DNA from: Candidatus Cloacimonadota bacterium
GTDB taxonomy: Bacteria > Cloacimonadota > Cloacimonadia > G963667145
Length of the DNA stretch: 64,000 bases
Assembly (NCBI GenBank): GCA_963667255.1
Contig: OY762940.1
Span: forward strand, 1,408,001-1,472,000
Reading direction: 5' to 3'
Part shown: positions 63,233 to 64,000 of the stretch, in pieces
Layout: the number at the start of each line of letters is the position of its first letter
How positions within the stretch are numbered: position 1 is the first letter of the stretch
Translations under genes and position numbers: made by a program
The notes under the pieces: model-generated
Told to the model about the DNA's origin: nothing
The model's database searches: none
What the model saw: the letters and a program-made list of their open reading frames with translations, nothing else

Positions 63233-64000
63233 GGGAGTGTGCAAATAACTGGGTCTGAAATAAGACCTAATTATGTTTGACAGAATAAGTTATGAACATT
63301 TATTAAAATGCCATGAGTATAATCAAAAAAAACGCTGTCCAAATTGTGATAGCTTAAACACAAAAAAGAAGGGATATATTTTCTCTGAAAGAACAACTAA
63401 TCGTGGGAAAATTAAAGTCAAAACTCAACGATTTTATTGTAAAGATTGCCAAATAAGTTTTACCAATTTTGGATATAATAAGAGAACTCATTTTGCACCA
63501 AAATTCAAAGATAAGGTTGTTACTGACTATATTTCAACCAAAAGTTCTCTTTCTGAAGTTGCTAAAAGACATGGGATTTGTAAAAATAGTACTCTTAATT
63601 GGATACCTCAGCGAGCTAATTTATATCAGGATAATGTGTTACACAGCAATATAGATGAGACAACAATTTATATTGATGGCAAGGAAATTAAGATAAACGG
63701 TAAGCGAAAAGTTGTCTTAGTCGCCAGTAGCAAACTACTTGATAAACCAATATATTACAAGATTTATGATAGAGAACATAGTAGTTCATCTGAAGACTTT
63801 TTGAATAGACTAAAAAAAATGTATGACAACAAAATAATTGGGATTGTGTCAGATTTTGGGCGAGGGAAGTGCTTTGTTAAGCCAGTTAACCAACTTTTTG
63901 AAGATGTTCCACATCAAATTTGCTTGGTTCATTATTTAAGAAGCGTTAATATCAATGTTCCTAAAACAAAAAAGAGTAAGTTTTTTAGACGAAATATTTT
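63233..64000 (+). mobile_element. IS copy 4 (truncated by the window end); transposase starts at 63273
   Basis: Same left TIR and ORF; one visible SNP (T>C at 63592, Ile>Thr). Confidence 0.95.

Overview
Chromosomal window from an AT-rich, probably anaerobic diderm bacterium. lpxK is present, and the FCB-like SecA and MetF suggest Cloacimonadota or a relative (inference only). Positions 1-48.6 kb are almost entirely minus-strand housekeeping genes: a methanogen-type homocysteine/Met operon (COG1900-COG2122-metF), sulP, ligA, lipoproteins, hemW, crcB, trpS, dacB, lpxK, rluD, ktrAB, adk, secA, gatC, tRNA-Ile2, an isc/cys cluster, pstSCAB-phoU, tig-clpP-clpX, tRNA-Leu, EF-G2, rpoD and ade. From 50 kb come an ECF sigma/anti-sigma/Spy-like operon, CIRCE-htpG, capA, hrcA and a small defence-type island. 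Four near-identical copies of a 1111-bp IS256-like element are present; two of them knock out the two restriction-modification genes. The two most striking signals are non-coding. (1) A complete Met-codon leader-peptide transcription attenuator (MMMRMYGMMMSM..., antiterminator, terminator) precedes the Met-biosynthesis operon. (2) A dnaX-style -1 frameshift cassette (internal SD, G-GGA-AAA, 14-bp hairpin) joins the RM and S genes of a BcgI-like system. All calls were made by eye, without database searches.
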